Shown: positions 20,110-28,946 of the stretch, one piece after another
Layout of the letters: each line of letters starts with the position of its first letter
How positions within the stretch are numbered: the stretch's first letter is position 1
Assembly (NCBI GenBank): GCA_965207885.1
Contig: OZ242311.1
Coordinates: 1,056,001-1,120,000, forward strand
From: Candidatus Latescibacterota bacterium
GTDB taxonomy: Bacteria; Latescibacterota; UBA2968
Length of the DNA: 64,000 bases
Reading direction: 5' to 3'
The notes under the pieces: generated by a model
What the model saw: the letters and a program-made list of their open reading frames with translations, nothing else
What the model was told of the DNA's origin: nothing
Database searches by the model: none
Translations under genes and position numbers: made by a program

Positions 20110-21447
20110 TTATTCCGGACGCCAGGCTACATCCAGTTTGCGATGTGTAAATGTTTTGGCATTTTCGCCGATGTAATCGTCCGCAATGTGTCCTTCACCT
20201 GTTACCACGTATTTGTAGATGACGAGGCCTTCCAGACCGACGGGTCCACGGCTGTGCAGGCGGTTGGTGCTGATGCCCACTTCGGCGCCGAGGCCGTAGC
20301 GAAATCCGTCGGCAAACCGGGTTGACGCATTGTGTATGACGGATGCCGAATCCACGGCTTGCAAAAATTTCTTCGCGGCTTGCTGGTCTTCGGTTACGAT
20401 CGAGTCGGTGTGGTGGCTGCTGTATTCGTTGATGTGGGCGATTGCTTCTTCGACCGAATCGACGACTTTGACGGATAGGACATAGTCGAGGTATTCGGTT
20501 GACCAGTCGCTGTCACTGGCCGGGGTCAGGGCATCTGCGCTGGCGGCGAGGTCCAGGGTGCGGGCGTCGCCGCGGATTAGAACGCCCTGGTCGGTGAGTT
20601 GTTGAATTGCCGTGGCGAAGAAGTTTCTGGCAATTTCGGCGTGTACCAGCAGGGTTTCGGCGGCGTTGCAGACGGCTGCGTACTGTGTCTTGGAGTCGAT
20701 GGCGATGCGCACGGCTTTTTTCAGGTCGGCGTCTTTATCTACGTACACATGGCAGATGCCGTCGGCGTGCCCCATGACGGGGATTTTTGTGTTGTTCATG
20801 ATGTGTTGCACGAATTCATTGCCGCCGCGCGGAATGATCAGGTCGATGAGGTCGTGTAATTCGAGAATGCCCGCGACCTCTTCTCGCGTTTCCAGAAGGT
20901 GCATCCATCCTTCGGGGATGCCGTCCAGGTCAGCCGTTGCAGCGACCATAATTTCGGCCAGTGCGCGGTTGGTGTGAAATGCTTCGCTGCCGCCTTTGAG
21001 CATGACGGCATTGCCCGATTTTAGACATAAGGTCGCGATTTGCACCAGTGCGTCGGGGCGCGATTCAAAGACCACGCCGATTACGCCGATTGGGACGGTT
21101 ACGCGATAGAGGTTGAGGCCTTCGTCCAATTCGGTCGCGGCCTGCGTTTTGCCAATGGGGTCTTCTTGGGCTGCGACACTGCGGACGCCAACTATTATTT
21201 CACTGTCCAGCTTTTCATCATCTACTTTCAGGCGCTTGATCAGGGGGAGGGTGATTTCTCCCTGTGCCAGCATTTTTTCTGCTGCCGCCTGATCGCGTTT
21301 GTTGGCGTCTAAAATGCGATCGCGATTAACATGCAATGCCTGTGCTATGGCCTCGAGCGTGGCATTGCGCTGTTTTTCCGTTGCCTGACTCAATGCGAGT
21401 GCAGCCTGCCGTGCAGTTCTCGCCGCAGCTTTGATATCATCTGCCAT
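20110..21447 (-). CDS. proA: Gamma-glutamyl phosphate reductase
   Basis: VPIGVIGVVFESRP, CNAAETLLVH, NASTRFADGFRYGLGAEVGIST and RGPVGL motifs. Confidence 0.96.
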   Translation of the reverse strand: MADDIKAAARTARQAALALSQATEKQRNATLEAIAQALHVNRDRILDANKRDQAAAEKMLAQGEITLPLIKRLKVDDEKLDSEIIVGVRSVAAQEDPIGKTQAATELDEGLNLYRVTVPIGVIGVVFESRPDALVQIATLCLKSGNAVMLKGGSEAFHTNRALAEIMVAATADLDGIPEGWMHLLETREEVAGILELHDLIDLIIPRGGNEFVQHIMNNTKIPVMGHADGICHVYVDKDADLKKAVRIAIDSKTQYAAVCNAAETLLVHAEIARNFFATAIQQLTDQGVLIRGDARTLDLAASADALTPASDSDWSTEYLDYVLSVKVVDSVEEAIAHINEYSSHHTDSIVTEDQQAAKKFLQAVDSASVIHNASTRFADGFRYGLGAEVGISTNRLHSRGPVGLEGLVIYKYVVTGEGHIADDYIGENAKTFTHRKLDVAWRPE

Positions 21448-21468
21448 GTTTCCTCCTGAAATATCTAA

Positions 21469-22944
21469 CTAAAAGAATTGCCGCTTTGTGTCAATCCATC
21501 GGCTGATTGTTACTTTTTGTCGCGTGAAGAACGATATGCCTTCGGTGCCCTGTACATGTAAGTCGCCGAAGAAGGAATTGTTCCACCCGGAGAAGGGGAA
21601 GAATGCCATGGGCGCGGGTACGCCGATGTTGATGCCGACCATGCCGGCGTTTACTTCGTGGCGAAATTTGCGCGCGGCTCCGCCACTGGATGTGAATAGT
21701 ACGGCTGCGTTGCCGTATCCGCTGGCATTGCACCGCGCAATGGCTCCGCTCAGGTCATCTGTGTGCATGGTCGATAATACGGGTCCGAAGATTTCTTCCC
21801 GCGCAATGGACATCTGGGGTTTTACCCGATCGAAAATTGTAGCACCGAGGTAGAAGCCATGCGGCGTTTCTTCGATGTGTACATCGCGTCCATCTACGAT
21901 CAGTTCTGCGCCTTCTCGCAATCCGTTTTCAATATGTTGATGGATGCGGTCCAGATGCGTTTTGGTCACTACTGGTCCCATATCTACACCGGGGTCGCGG
22001 TCGGTTGGTCCCACCCGAAATTCGCGTGCGGTTTCACTGAGCGGTTCCAGGAAACGTTCGCCCGCGCCTTCGGCACAGACGAGGACACTGCCGGCCATGC
22101 AGCGTTCGCCCGCGCAGCCATAAGCAGATCCCATGACGGCTGCTACGGTTGAGTCCAGGTCGGCGTCGGGCAATACGATTAAGTAATTTTTCGCGCCACC
22201 GGCTGATTGTACGCGTTTGCCATTGCGCGTGGCTGTTTCATAGACATAGCGCGCCACGGGTGTTGATCCGACGAATGAAACGGTTTTGACTTCGGGGTGG
22301 GCGAGTAGTGCATCTACCGCGTCTTTTCCACCGTGTGCGATGTTGAATACGCCGGGCGGTAATCCGGCTTCGGCCAATAATTCGCCAATTCGAATCGCGC
22401 TCAATGGTACGCGCTCCGATGGCTTTAATACGTAGGTGTTGCCACATACCAGGGCGATGGGCAATGTCCACATGGGTACCATAGATGGAAAGTTGAATGG
22501 CGTGATGCCCACGGATACGCCTATGGGTTGTCGGATGGTGTCGCAATCAATCCCCTGTGCGATATTTTCCAGCGAGTCGCCCATCAAGAGCGCAGGCGCA
22601 CCACAGGCAAATTCCGCGACTTCGATTCCGCGTCGAATTTCGCCTCGCGCATCCTCTATGGTTTTGCCGTTTTCGAGGGTTACGAGTTGGGCCAATTCCT
22701 CGAAGTGGGTTTCCATGAGTGCGACAAGCCGGAACATTACGCGCGCGCGGTCAACGGCTGGTGTATTTGCCCATTCGGGAAATGCGTCTGCGGCTGATTG
22801 CACTACGCGATCTATCTCTGACGCGCCACATAAGGGCGTTGCGGCTATTTCTGTTCCATCCGATGGGTTGTAAACCGGTACTGTTTCCGTTGTTTCAGAT
22901 GCTACCCATTCGCCATTGAGCAATAATTTGACTGTTTCGGCCAT
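21469..22944 (-). CDS. mmsA: CoA-acylating (methyl)malonate-semialdehyde dehydrogenase
   Basis: ITPFNFP, SFVGST, GAKN, GCAGERCMA and EEIFGPV motifs (MmsA/IolA). Confidence 0.93.
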   Translation of the reverse strand: MAETVKLLLNGEWVASETTETVPVYNPSDGTEIAATPLCGASEIDRVVQSAADAFPEWANTPAVDRARVMFRLVALMETHFEELAQLVTLENGKTIEDARGEIRRGIEVAEFACGAPALLMGDSLENIAQGIDCDTIRQPIGVSVGITPFNFPSMVPMWTLPIALVCGNTYVLKPSERVPLSAIRIGELLAEAGLPPGVFNIAHGGKDAVDALLAHPEVKTVSFVGSTPVARYVYETATRNGKRVQSAGGAKNYLIVLPDADLDSTVAAVMGSAYGCAGERCMAGSVLVCAEGAGERFLEPLSETAREFRVGPTDRDPGVDMGPVVTKTHLDRIHQHIENGLREGAELIVDGRDVHIEETPHGFYLGATIFDRVKPQMSIAREEIFGPVLSTMHTDDLSGAIARCNASGYGNAAVLFTSSGGAARKFRHEVNAGMVGINIGVPAPMAFFPFSGWNNSFFGDLHVQGTEGISFFTRQKVTISRWIDTKRQFF

Positions 22945-22959
22945 GATTATCTCCTGTGC

Positions 22960-24417
22960 TCACTCCGATCCGTGTTGGCGAAATTTTGGTGCTTCGCCGG
23001 GTACGGGCGAGTTGTCAAATGCGCCCCGATGAATTACGGCTTCTTTGCCACCCAGAGATTCAATCATTTCTCGTTGCGAGGTTTTGGCCCGGGTATCCAC
23101 AGCTTCGGGATCGATGAGGTCGCGCAATTCGCGTTCGAAATTTTCCAGGACTTCTCGATGATCGGGCGACTGCGCGAGGTCGCGGCACTCTTCTGGGTCG
23201 TCTATTGTATCGAATAATTGCGGCGGGTTATTGACGTGATATATGTATTTGTATTGTCGATTGCGCAACATATACGCCCCGTGCTGTGCGCCTATCGCGT
23301 GGTATTCGCTAAATACCGTGCGGTCGCGGTCTTCTTCCCGTGCAATGGACCACAGTGATTCGCCTGGCAACTCTGCGTCGTCTTCGGTGTGTTGCGCGCC
23401 CACGGCTTCCAAAATTGTCGGGAAGCTATCGACGAGCGAGACAGGCGTTTCCACGACTTTGCCCGCGGGGACGTCGGGACCTGCCATCAAAAAGGGTACG
23501 GCGGCCGATTCTTCATACATGGTAAATTTGCCGTATATGCCGCGTCCGCCCAGGTGTTCACCGTGATCTGTTGTATAGATTATGCGGGTTGTGTCGGTTA
23601 ATCTCAGTTCGTCCAGGGTATTTAGTACCCGACCAATTTGCCGGTCCAGGTATGTGCATACGCCGTAATACGCCGCATTTAGTTGCCGCACGGTGGCTTC
23701 GGGGAATTGGGGATCAAATGTGAAGAATCGCCTGAAATAGTCCATTGCGGGATGATCGGGCCAGTCCTCTGTGCGCCATTGCGGCGGCATGGGCAATTCG
23801 TCCGGGGCGTAGATGTCGTATGCGTCTGGCGGCGAAATATACGGCGGATGTGGGCACACAAATGATAAAAACAGGCACCAGGGTTTTTCGTCGTGCCAAT
23901 GCTCTTGCAGCCACTTTATCGCGTTGTCTGCGTTGCGCTGGTCGTATTGCAAATACGTCGAGTCGCCCGGTCCAGCTTCTCGAATTCCCGGTCGTTTGTT
24001 GCGATAGGGCGGCTGTTCCCGGATACAGGCCAGTATGTCGCCCATGCCATCGACGACGTTTAATGGTTCGATTTCTTCGGTGAAGCCGTGATCCGTGCCC
24101 TGGCCCTTAAAGTGCAATTTGCCAATTGATGTGGCGTTAAAATCCTGCTCGCGCAAGCGATGATGCCAGCTTGGCGTGTCTCCGATGTATGGATGTCCAT
24201 TATCCCAGTTGCCTATCTGATGTACGTAGCGTCCCGTGGCCAGAGATGCACGCGCCGGTACGCAAATTGGACAGTTGGTGTAGGCATTGGTAAATCGCGT
24301 GCCCTGTTCGGATAGCCGATCCAGGTTGGGGGTTTGTACCATCGGGTGACCATAACATCCGAGTAAATTGCGATTGTGTTGATCGGATATGATGTAGAGC
24401 ATGTTTGTCGGTTGCAT
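22960..24417 (-). CDS. Sulfatase (choline-sulfatase-like)
   Basis: SDQHN, CVPAR, GKLHF and TTDHG motifs; no signal peptide. Confidence 0.92.
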   Translation of the reverse strand: MQPTNMLYIISDQHNRNLLGCYGHPMVQTPNLDRLSEQGTRFTNAYTNCPICVPARASLATGRYVHQIGNWDNGHPYIGDTPSWHHRLREQDFNATSIGKLHFKGQGTDHGFTEEIEPLNVVDGMGDILACIREQPPYRNKRPGIREAGPGDSTYLQYDQRNADNAIKWLQEHWHDEKPWCLFLSFVCPHPPYISPPDAYDIYAPDELPMPPQWRTEDWPDHPAMDYFRRFFTFDPQFPEATVRQLNAAYYGVCTYLDRQIGRVLNTLDELRLTDTTRIIYTTDHGEHLGGRGIYGKFTMYEESAAVPFLMAGPDVPAGKVVETPVSLVDSFPTILEAVGAQHTEDDAELPGESLWSIAREEDRDRTVFSEYHAIGAQHGAYMLRNRQYKYIYHVNNPPQLFDTIDDPEECRDLAQSPDHREVLENFERELRDLIDPEAVDTRAKTSQREMIESLGGKEAVIHRGAFDNSPVPGEAPKFRQHGSE

Positions 24418-24424
24418 AAAGACC

Positions 24425-24973
24425 TCATTTTTTCCATAAATTCATTACGGCACCATTTGTTCCAAAGACCGGATCGGATGCGGGCATTGGTACTTTGGGT
24501 ATATTTTCCAGCGCGTGTTTGTGTTCACGGGCACTTTCTCGACACAGGTCTGGGTGCTGTCCATCGGGATATGCGCCTACGACTAATAGATCTGTACTCG
24601 CGCCCAGGTTTTTGTGTCCCACGCCCGCGGGAATTACCATGACATCGCCAGGTCCGATTGTCAAGCGCGCGCCCTGTTCACCGCCCATGCACACTCTGGC
24701 ACTTCCCTGCGCTATGCCCAAGACTTCGTGTGCTGTGGCGTGGTAGTGGTGAAAAGGATAAATGCCGTTGCGCCACGAACGCGACCAGCGATTGGCGGCA
24801 AATACCTGCTCAAATGCCCGTGCGGGATCGTCTTCGGGTAGTGATAGAGCACCTTGATAGACGATGAGGGGAAACGCGCTGTTTGGAACCACACCGTCGT
24901 CTTGAAAATAATGCGGTGTTATTTGTGCGTTTTTTTGGACGAATTCCATAATTTTCCTTTCGCGTGGATTCAA
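24425..24973 (-). CDS. Cupin (YjlB-like)
   Basis: HHYHATAHEVLG, IPAGVGH and VVGAYP motifs. True start may be slightly downstream. Confidence 0.85.
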   Translation of the reverse strand: MNPRERKIMEFVQKNAQITPHYFQDDGVVPNSAFPLIVYQGALSLPEDDPARAFEQVFAANRWSRSWRNGIYPFHHYHATAHEVLGIAQGSARVCMGGEQGARLTIGPGDVMVIPAGVGHKNLGASTDLLVVGAYPDGQHPDLCRESAREHKHALENIPKVPMPASDPVFGTNGAVMNLWKK

Positions 24974-25047
24974 GGAGTTTTAAGTTATTCATCTTGTGTG
25001 TTTTGTAAAGAATTAAAGATGGAGGAATGTAAAAGAAAAAACAAATC

Positions 25048-25076
25048 TTGACAAATGAACATTTGTGCACTAATTT
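25048..25076 (+). promoter_or_regulatory. Sigma70 promoter with a palindromic operator in the spacer
   Basis: TTGACA-17 bp-TAATTT; ACAAATG-aa-CATTTGT perfect inverted repeat at 25051-25066. Confidence 0.65.
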
Positions 25077-25123
25077 TTTGAAGTGTGTTTATTTTGTCTA
25101 GGCTGCTCTATGTGGGGTGTTCT

Positions 25124-26008
25124 ATGATGTATTACCGACGAAAAGTTTTGTTGGCAGTGGTTGAGGTATTTGGCGGCAGATTAAAGCGGACAGATTTTCA
25201 AAAACTGCTCTTTTTGTTTTGCCAATATACCGGGCAGAATTTCTACGATTTTTTCCCATATAAATACGGTGGATTTAGTTTCTTGTCTTATCAAGATAAG
25301 AGTCGTCTGGTATCACAAGGTCTTTTAAGTCGGGACGAGGATTTTGAATTTATAGCAGATGTGTCTTTTGTCGAGCAACTCAAGTCAAAAGATCAAGTTG
25401 CTCTTAAGACTTTTGTTGCTGAAACAAATGGATTGCGAGGGAATCCACTCATTCGAAAAACCTATCTCGAGTTTCCTGCTTACGCCTGTCAAAGTAAGAT
25501 TCTTTCAGAAATATTAAGCGATGATGAAATTACATCCCTGCAGCCGTGGTGGCAGCGGGATACATCGCCCTGTCTTTTCACAATTGGATATGAGGGTAAA
25601 AGTATTGATGCCTATCTTAATCAATTGATTGCCAATAATGTTAAGGCACTCGTTGATGTGCGTAAAAATCCATTATCTATGAAATATGGGTTTTCTAAAA
25701 CGAGATTGCGAAGTTATATAGAAAGCGTTGGCCTTCAATATTACCATTTGCCAGAGTTGGGCATTCCATCAAGTTTGCGGCGTGATCTAAATTCATCTGA
25801 TGCATATCGAGATTTGTTTGAATATTATCGTACGAAAATTTTACCAGACCAATTCGAGAGTCTCGAAGATGTAAAGACATTGTTGAGCAAACATACGCGT
25901 ATTGCATTGACGTGCTTTGAAAAAGATCATCACTGCTGTCATCGCAATCAGGTGACGGAATATTTAAAAAAGAACGCAGGTTTTAGCACCCGAGTTGCCC
26001 ATTTATAG
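25124..26008 (+). CDS. DUF488 family protein with an N-terminal SocA/Panacea-like domain
   Basis: N-terminal FQKLLFL...YDFFPYKYGGFS; C-terminal LFTIGYEG, LVDVRKNP, LPELGIPS and CFEKDHHCCHR (DUF488 motif). AT-rich. Confidence 0.8.
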   Translation: MMYYRRKVLLAVVEVFGGRLKRTDFQKLLFLFCQYTGQNFYDFFPYKYGGFSFLSYQDKSRLVSQGLLSRDEDFEFIADVSFVEQLKSKDQVALKTFVAETNGLRGNPLIRKTYLEFPAYACQSKILSEILSDDEITSLQPWWQRDTSPCLFTIGYEGKSIDAYLNQLIANNVKALVDVRKNPLSMKYGFSKTRLRSYIESVGLQYYHLPELGIPSSLRRDLNSSDAYRDLFEYYRTKILPDQFESLEDVKTLLSKHTRIALTCFEKDHHCCHRNQVTEYLKKNAGFSTRVAHL

Positions 26009-26018
26009 GACTTAAAGA

Positions 26019-26858
26019 ATGAATCTTGAAATTCCCCAGGCAGAGGTGTTCATTACAGTCAAAACCTATCCTCAACCTTCGAGCCGTTATGGAGAATTGG
26101 TATGTACAGCGGGGTTACTCAATGGCGAACAGTGGATTCGAATCTATCCCGTTCCATTTCGGTTTTTACAGGATAATCAGCAGTATCCGAAATACAGTTG
26201 GATTACACTTGATTTAGAAAGAAGGACGCGGGATTTTCGTCCCGAGAGCTATCGACCGCGTCGAGGCATTGATGAACCTATTCATGTAGGCGATAAGCTG
26301 GGTACTCAAGATGCATGGGCTGGACGAAAGGAGTTTGTACTGAAGGAAGTTTTTACATCTATGCAGGAGCTTATCAAATTGGCCAGGACGGAGCCAGAAT
26401 ATAAATCGCTCGCTACGCTTAAGCCTGCTGAAATTGTCGATTTTGAGATCCGAGAAACAGACCGCGATTGGAAAGAGAAAATTATCGCTCAAAATCAACA
26501 GGGTAATATTTTTGAGACCAATGCCAAAGGAGAGATGCAATCGCGCCAGTTTGTGCAAAAACTTCCTTACAAATATTCCTATAAGTTTTTTTCAGAAGGC
26601 GATGATCGGCCACGTACGATGATGATTGAGGATTGGGAAATCGGAGCACTGTTCTGGAACTGCTTTAAAAAAACCGATGGGGATGAAGTGGCGGCCAATG
26701 CACTTGTTAAGCAACAATATTTTGATACATTTCTCGAAAAACGTGATGTGTATCTTTTTTTGGGTACCACGCTACAACACCATCACGTATCTCTAAATCC
26801 CTTCGTGATCATTGGTGTTTTCTATCCTCCTAAGACACCGCAATTGTCTCTCTTTTAA
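26019..26858 (+). CDS. Conserved hypothetical partner of DUF488 (possible dual-OB-fold nucleic-acid-binding protein)
   Basis: ITVKTYP..S..YGELVCTAG...WIRIYP, RPES, IEDWE and C-terminal QLSLF. Located 10 bp after the DUF488 gene. Confidence 0.7.
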   Translation: MNLEIPQAEVFITVKTYPQPSSRYGELVCTAGLLNGEQWIRIYPVPFRFLQDNQQYPKYSWITLDLERRTRDFRPESYRPRRGIDEPIHVGDKLGTQDAWAGRKEFVLKEVFTSMQELIKLARTEPEYKSLATLKPAEIVDFEIRETDRDWKEKIIAQNQQGNIFETNAKGEMQSRQFVQKLPYKYSYKFFSEGDDRPRTMMIEDWEIGALFWNCFKKTDGDEVAANALVKQQYFDTFLEKRDVYLFLGTTLQHHHVSLNPFVIIGVFYPPKTPQLSLF

Positions 26859-26875
26859 ATCTCGTGACCCACGCT

Positions 26876-27661
26876 TCATTTTTTTAATCTACGCATCACC
26901 TCGATGCACTCAGCTACCTGTTTCTCTGGGGAAGGAGCGTTATTTTCTTCTTCCAATACCAGCCAGCCCGTAAATCCTTGTAGCGCGCTTTGCAGTGCTG
27001 ATAGGTCTAATACGCCCGTGCCCAATTGTGGTCGAAGGGCATTGCCCTGAGCGTCTTCTGAATGGTCTGCGAGGTGGATGATGTGTAGTCTGTCTGAGAG
27101 TTCTCTGACCAATGCGATTGCGTCTTTGCCCGCCCGTATGTGATGTCCGGTGTCAAAGGCAAATCCCACGTATGACGGTTCGGTATATGCCGCCAGTTTG
27201 ACCAGTCCTTCTTGTTCAGATTCCCACCAGTGGTTGTGATAGGCGAGTTGGACGCCTTTGGGCGCGCAGTGTTCGCCCAGGAGGTTCAGACCTTCTGCGG
27301 TTTTTTCCCACATTTCGTCTGATACGGTTCCCTGTGTTGGACGTCGTCCGCTGCAAACAATGTACTGTCCGCCAACAGCGGATACAAAGTCGGCGATTTG
27401 GTTGCCTTCAATTCTAATTTGCTCGCGGGAGGATTCATCCCAGTGTGCGGCACCGTAATGCGCGCCGATCAGTTCGAGATTGGTTTCGGATAGGATGCGT
27501 TTGAATGCTTCGGGGTCTTGAAAATAGCGTTCCAGATTTTTCCAATTTGCTTCCAGTCCCCTGAAACACAGCTTTCCGATTTGGTGAACCACTGAGAGGA
27601 AGTCCGCTTCGCTGGGGTATATTCCTTTGCCAAATGATCTCGCCTGGCATCCGAGTTTCAT
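26876..27661 (-). CDS. Sugar-phosphate isomerase/epimerase (IolE-like TIM barrel)
   Basis: AYHNHWWE, FDTGH, HLAD and WLVLEEE motifs. Confidence 0.82.
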   Translation of the reverse strand: MKLGCQARSFGKGIYPSEADFLSVVHQIGKLCFRGLEANWKNLERYFQDPEAFKRILSETNLELIGAHYGAAHWDESSREQIRIEGNQIADFVSAVGGQYIVCSGRRPTQGTVSDEMWEKTAEGLNLLGEHCAPKGVQLAYHNHWWESEQEGLVKLAAYTEPSYVGFAFDTGHHIRAGKDAIALVRELSDRLHIIHLADHSEDAQGNALRPQLGTGVLDLSALQSALQGFTGWLVLEEENNAPSPEKQVAECIEVMRRLKK

Positions 27662-27677
27662 TTTGTCTTCCTTCGGT

Positions 27678-27777
27678 AAAAAAAGCGCGAATAGACGAAT
27701 AGACGAATAGACGAATGGCAACACTGATTCTGGGAGGATGGGCGGGGTTCGTAGATTCGTAGATTCGCTGATTCGTT
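27678..27777. repeat. Intergenic element with inverted 8-mer tandem arms, copy 2
   Basis: aaaaaaagcgcgaat-(agacgaat)x3 ... tgattctgggaggatgggcggggttcg-tagattcg-tagattcg-ctgattcg. Confidence 0.8.
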
Positions 27778-28777
27778 AAAGCTCGACTGTGATGGCTTTT
27801 CCCTCGCGGGAAGAGAAATATGCGCCTTCGCTTACCGCTACTTGTGCGAGTCCATCTCGCAGGCTCGCTCCGGGCGATACATCCGTTCGCCCTTCTTTCA
27901 CGCATTGCGCGAAATGCGTCCACATGTCTGTCGGCGGCTGTCCCGATCCCGTCCATTCTCCCGCTTTTAGATCAATCGGTGTTTTGTTTTCGTTAAATCC
28001 GAGGTGTGTGACGTATCGGATTCGATTGCGTTCTACTGACGAGATGTTTCCCCTCAAGCCCGCCATCTGATAGATGTTCTGCATCTGGATGCCCGCCATG
28101 CTGCCCGTCATGCACACGATTTGCCCGTTTTCGCATCGGGTTGTGATGTTGACAAATTCTACGGCGTCTTTGTCGGGTTTGAACAGGCCGCAACGCTGGT
28201 GTCCCATGACTTCTACGGGCAAAGAGCCTGTCCACCACAAAGCCAGGTCCATGGTGTGTGAGAGCGCGTCGAGGATGCCGCTGTAGTGTTCGGGAAAGAA
28301 ATATTGCGGGTTAAAAAATCCGCGCTGAAGTGTTACATTGGTTTGTATCAGGTCGATCTGTGAGGCAAGGGCTTTCATTTCCTGGGCAAAAGCCGTGAAG
28401 CGAGATTGATAGCCCACCATTGCTACGACGTTATTTTTTTCTGCAAGTTCACAAATTTCTACGCCCGATTCAATGCTGTCGCAGTATGGCTTTTCGACCA
28501 GGAATGGCTTGCCTGCCGCGGCTGCATCGCGCATGACGCCTGCGTGGTGTCGCGTGTGCGTTGCAATTGCCAGGGCGTCGATGTCATTCCGTGCGATGAC
28601 TTCCCGATGGTCGAGTTCGTATTTTACGTTAAAATTTTCAGCCGCGTTTTTGGCGCGTTCTTCATCCAGGTCGCACACGAGTGCGAGTTCGGCTTCATCG
28701 CATCCCAATAGTTCGCGAGCATGCGACGGTCCGCGCTGTCCTGTGCCAATGACTGCTACGCGAATTTTGTTTGACAT
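27776..28777 (-). CDS. Gfo/Idh/MocA family oxidoreductase
   Basis: VAVIGTG, VEKP and GYQSRF motifs. Confidence 0.88.
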   Translation of the reverse strand: MSNKIRVAVIGTGQRGPSHARELLGCDEAELALVCDLDEERAKNAAENFNVKYELDHREVIARNDIDALAIATHTRHHAGVMRDAAAAGKPFLVEKPYCDSIESGVEICELAEKNNVVAMVGYQSRFTAFAQEMKALASQIDLIQTNVTLQRGFFNPQYFFPEHYSGILDALSHTMDLALWWTGSLPVEVMGHQRCGLFKPDKDAVEFVNITTRCENGQIVCMTGSMAGIQMQNIYQMAGLRGNISSVERNRIRYVTHLGFNENKTPIDLKAGEWTGSGQPPTDMWTHFAQCVKEGRTDVSPGASLRDGLAQVAVSEGAYFSSREGKAITVEL

Positions 28778-28866
28778 AATACGCTCCTTTCATCCGTGAA
28801 CATGATTTCGGGGTAAGAAATAACCACCAATCTCTCAATACGTCAACAAAAATAGCCTGTTCTGTC

Positions 28867-28896
28867 TTGACAAGTGCTCAGATGTGTCAGTACTTT
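28867..28896 (+). promoter_or_regulatory. Candidate promoter at the head of the plus-strand run (divergent region)
   Basis: TTGACA-18 bp-TACTTT. Confidence 0.45.
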
Positions 28897-28946
28897 TAGT
28901 TTTAACAGGTATTAAAACACCTATTAAAGTAGATATGGAGGATTAA

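Noticed and set aside
20110-21447. proA without an adjacent proB
   Set aside because: Separation of proA and proB is common and not informative.
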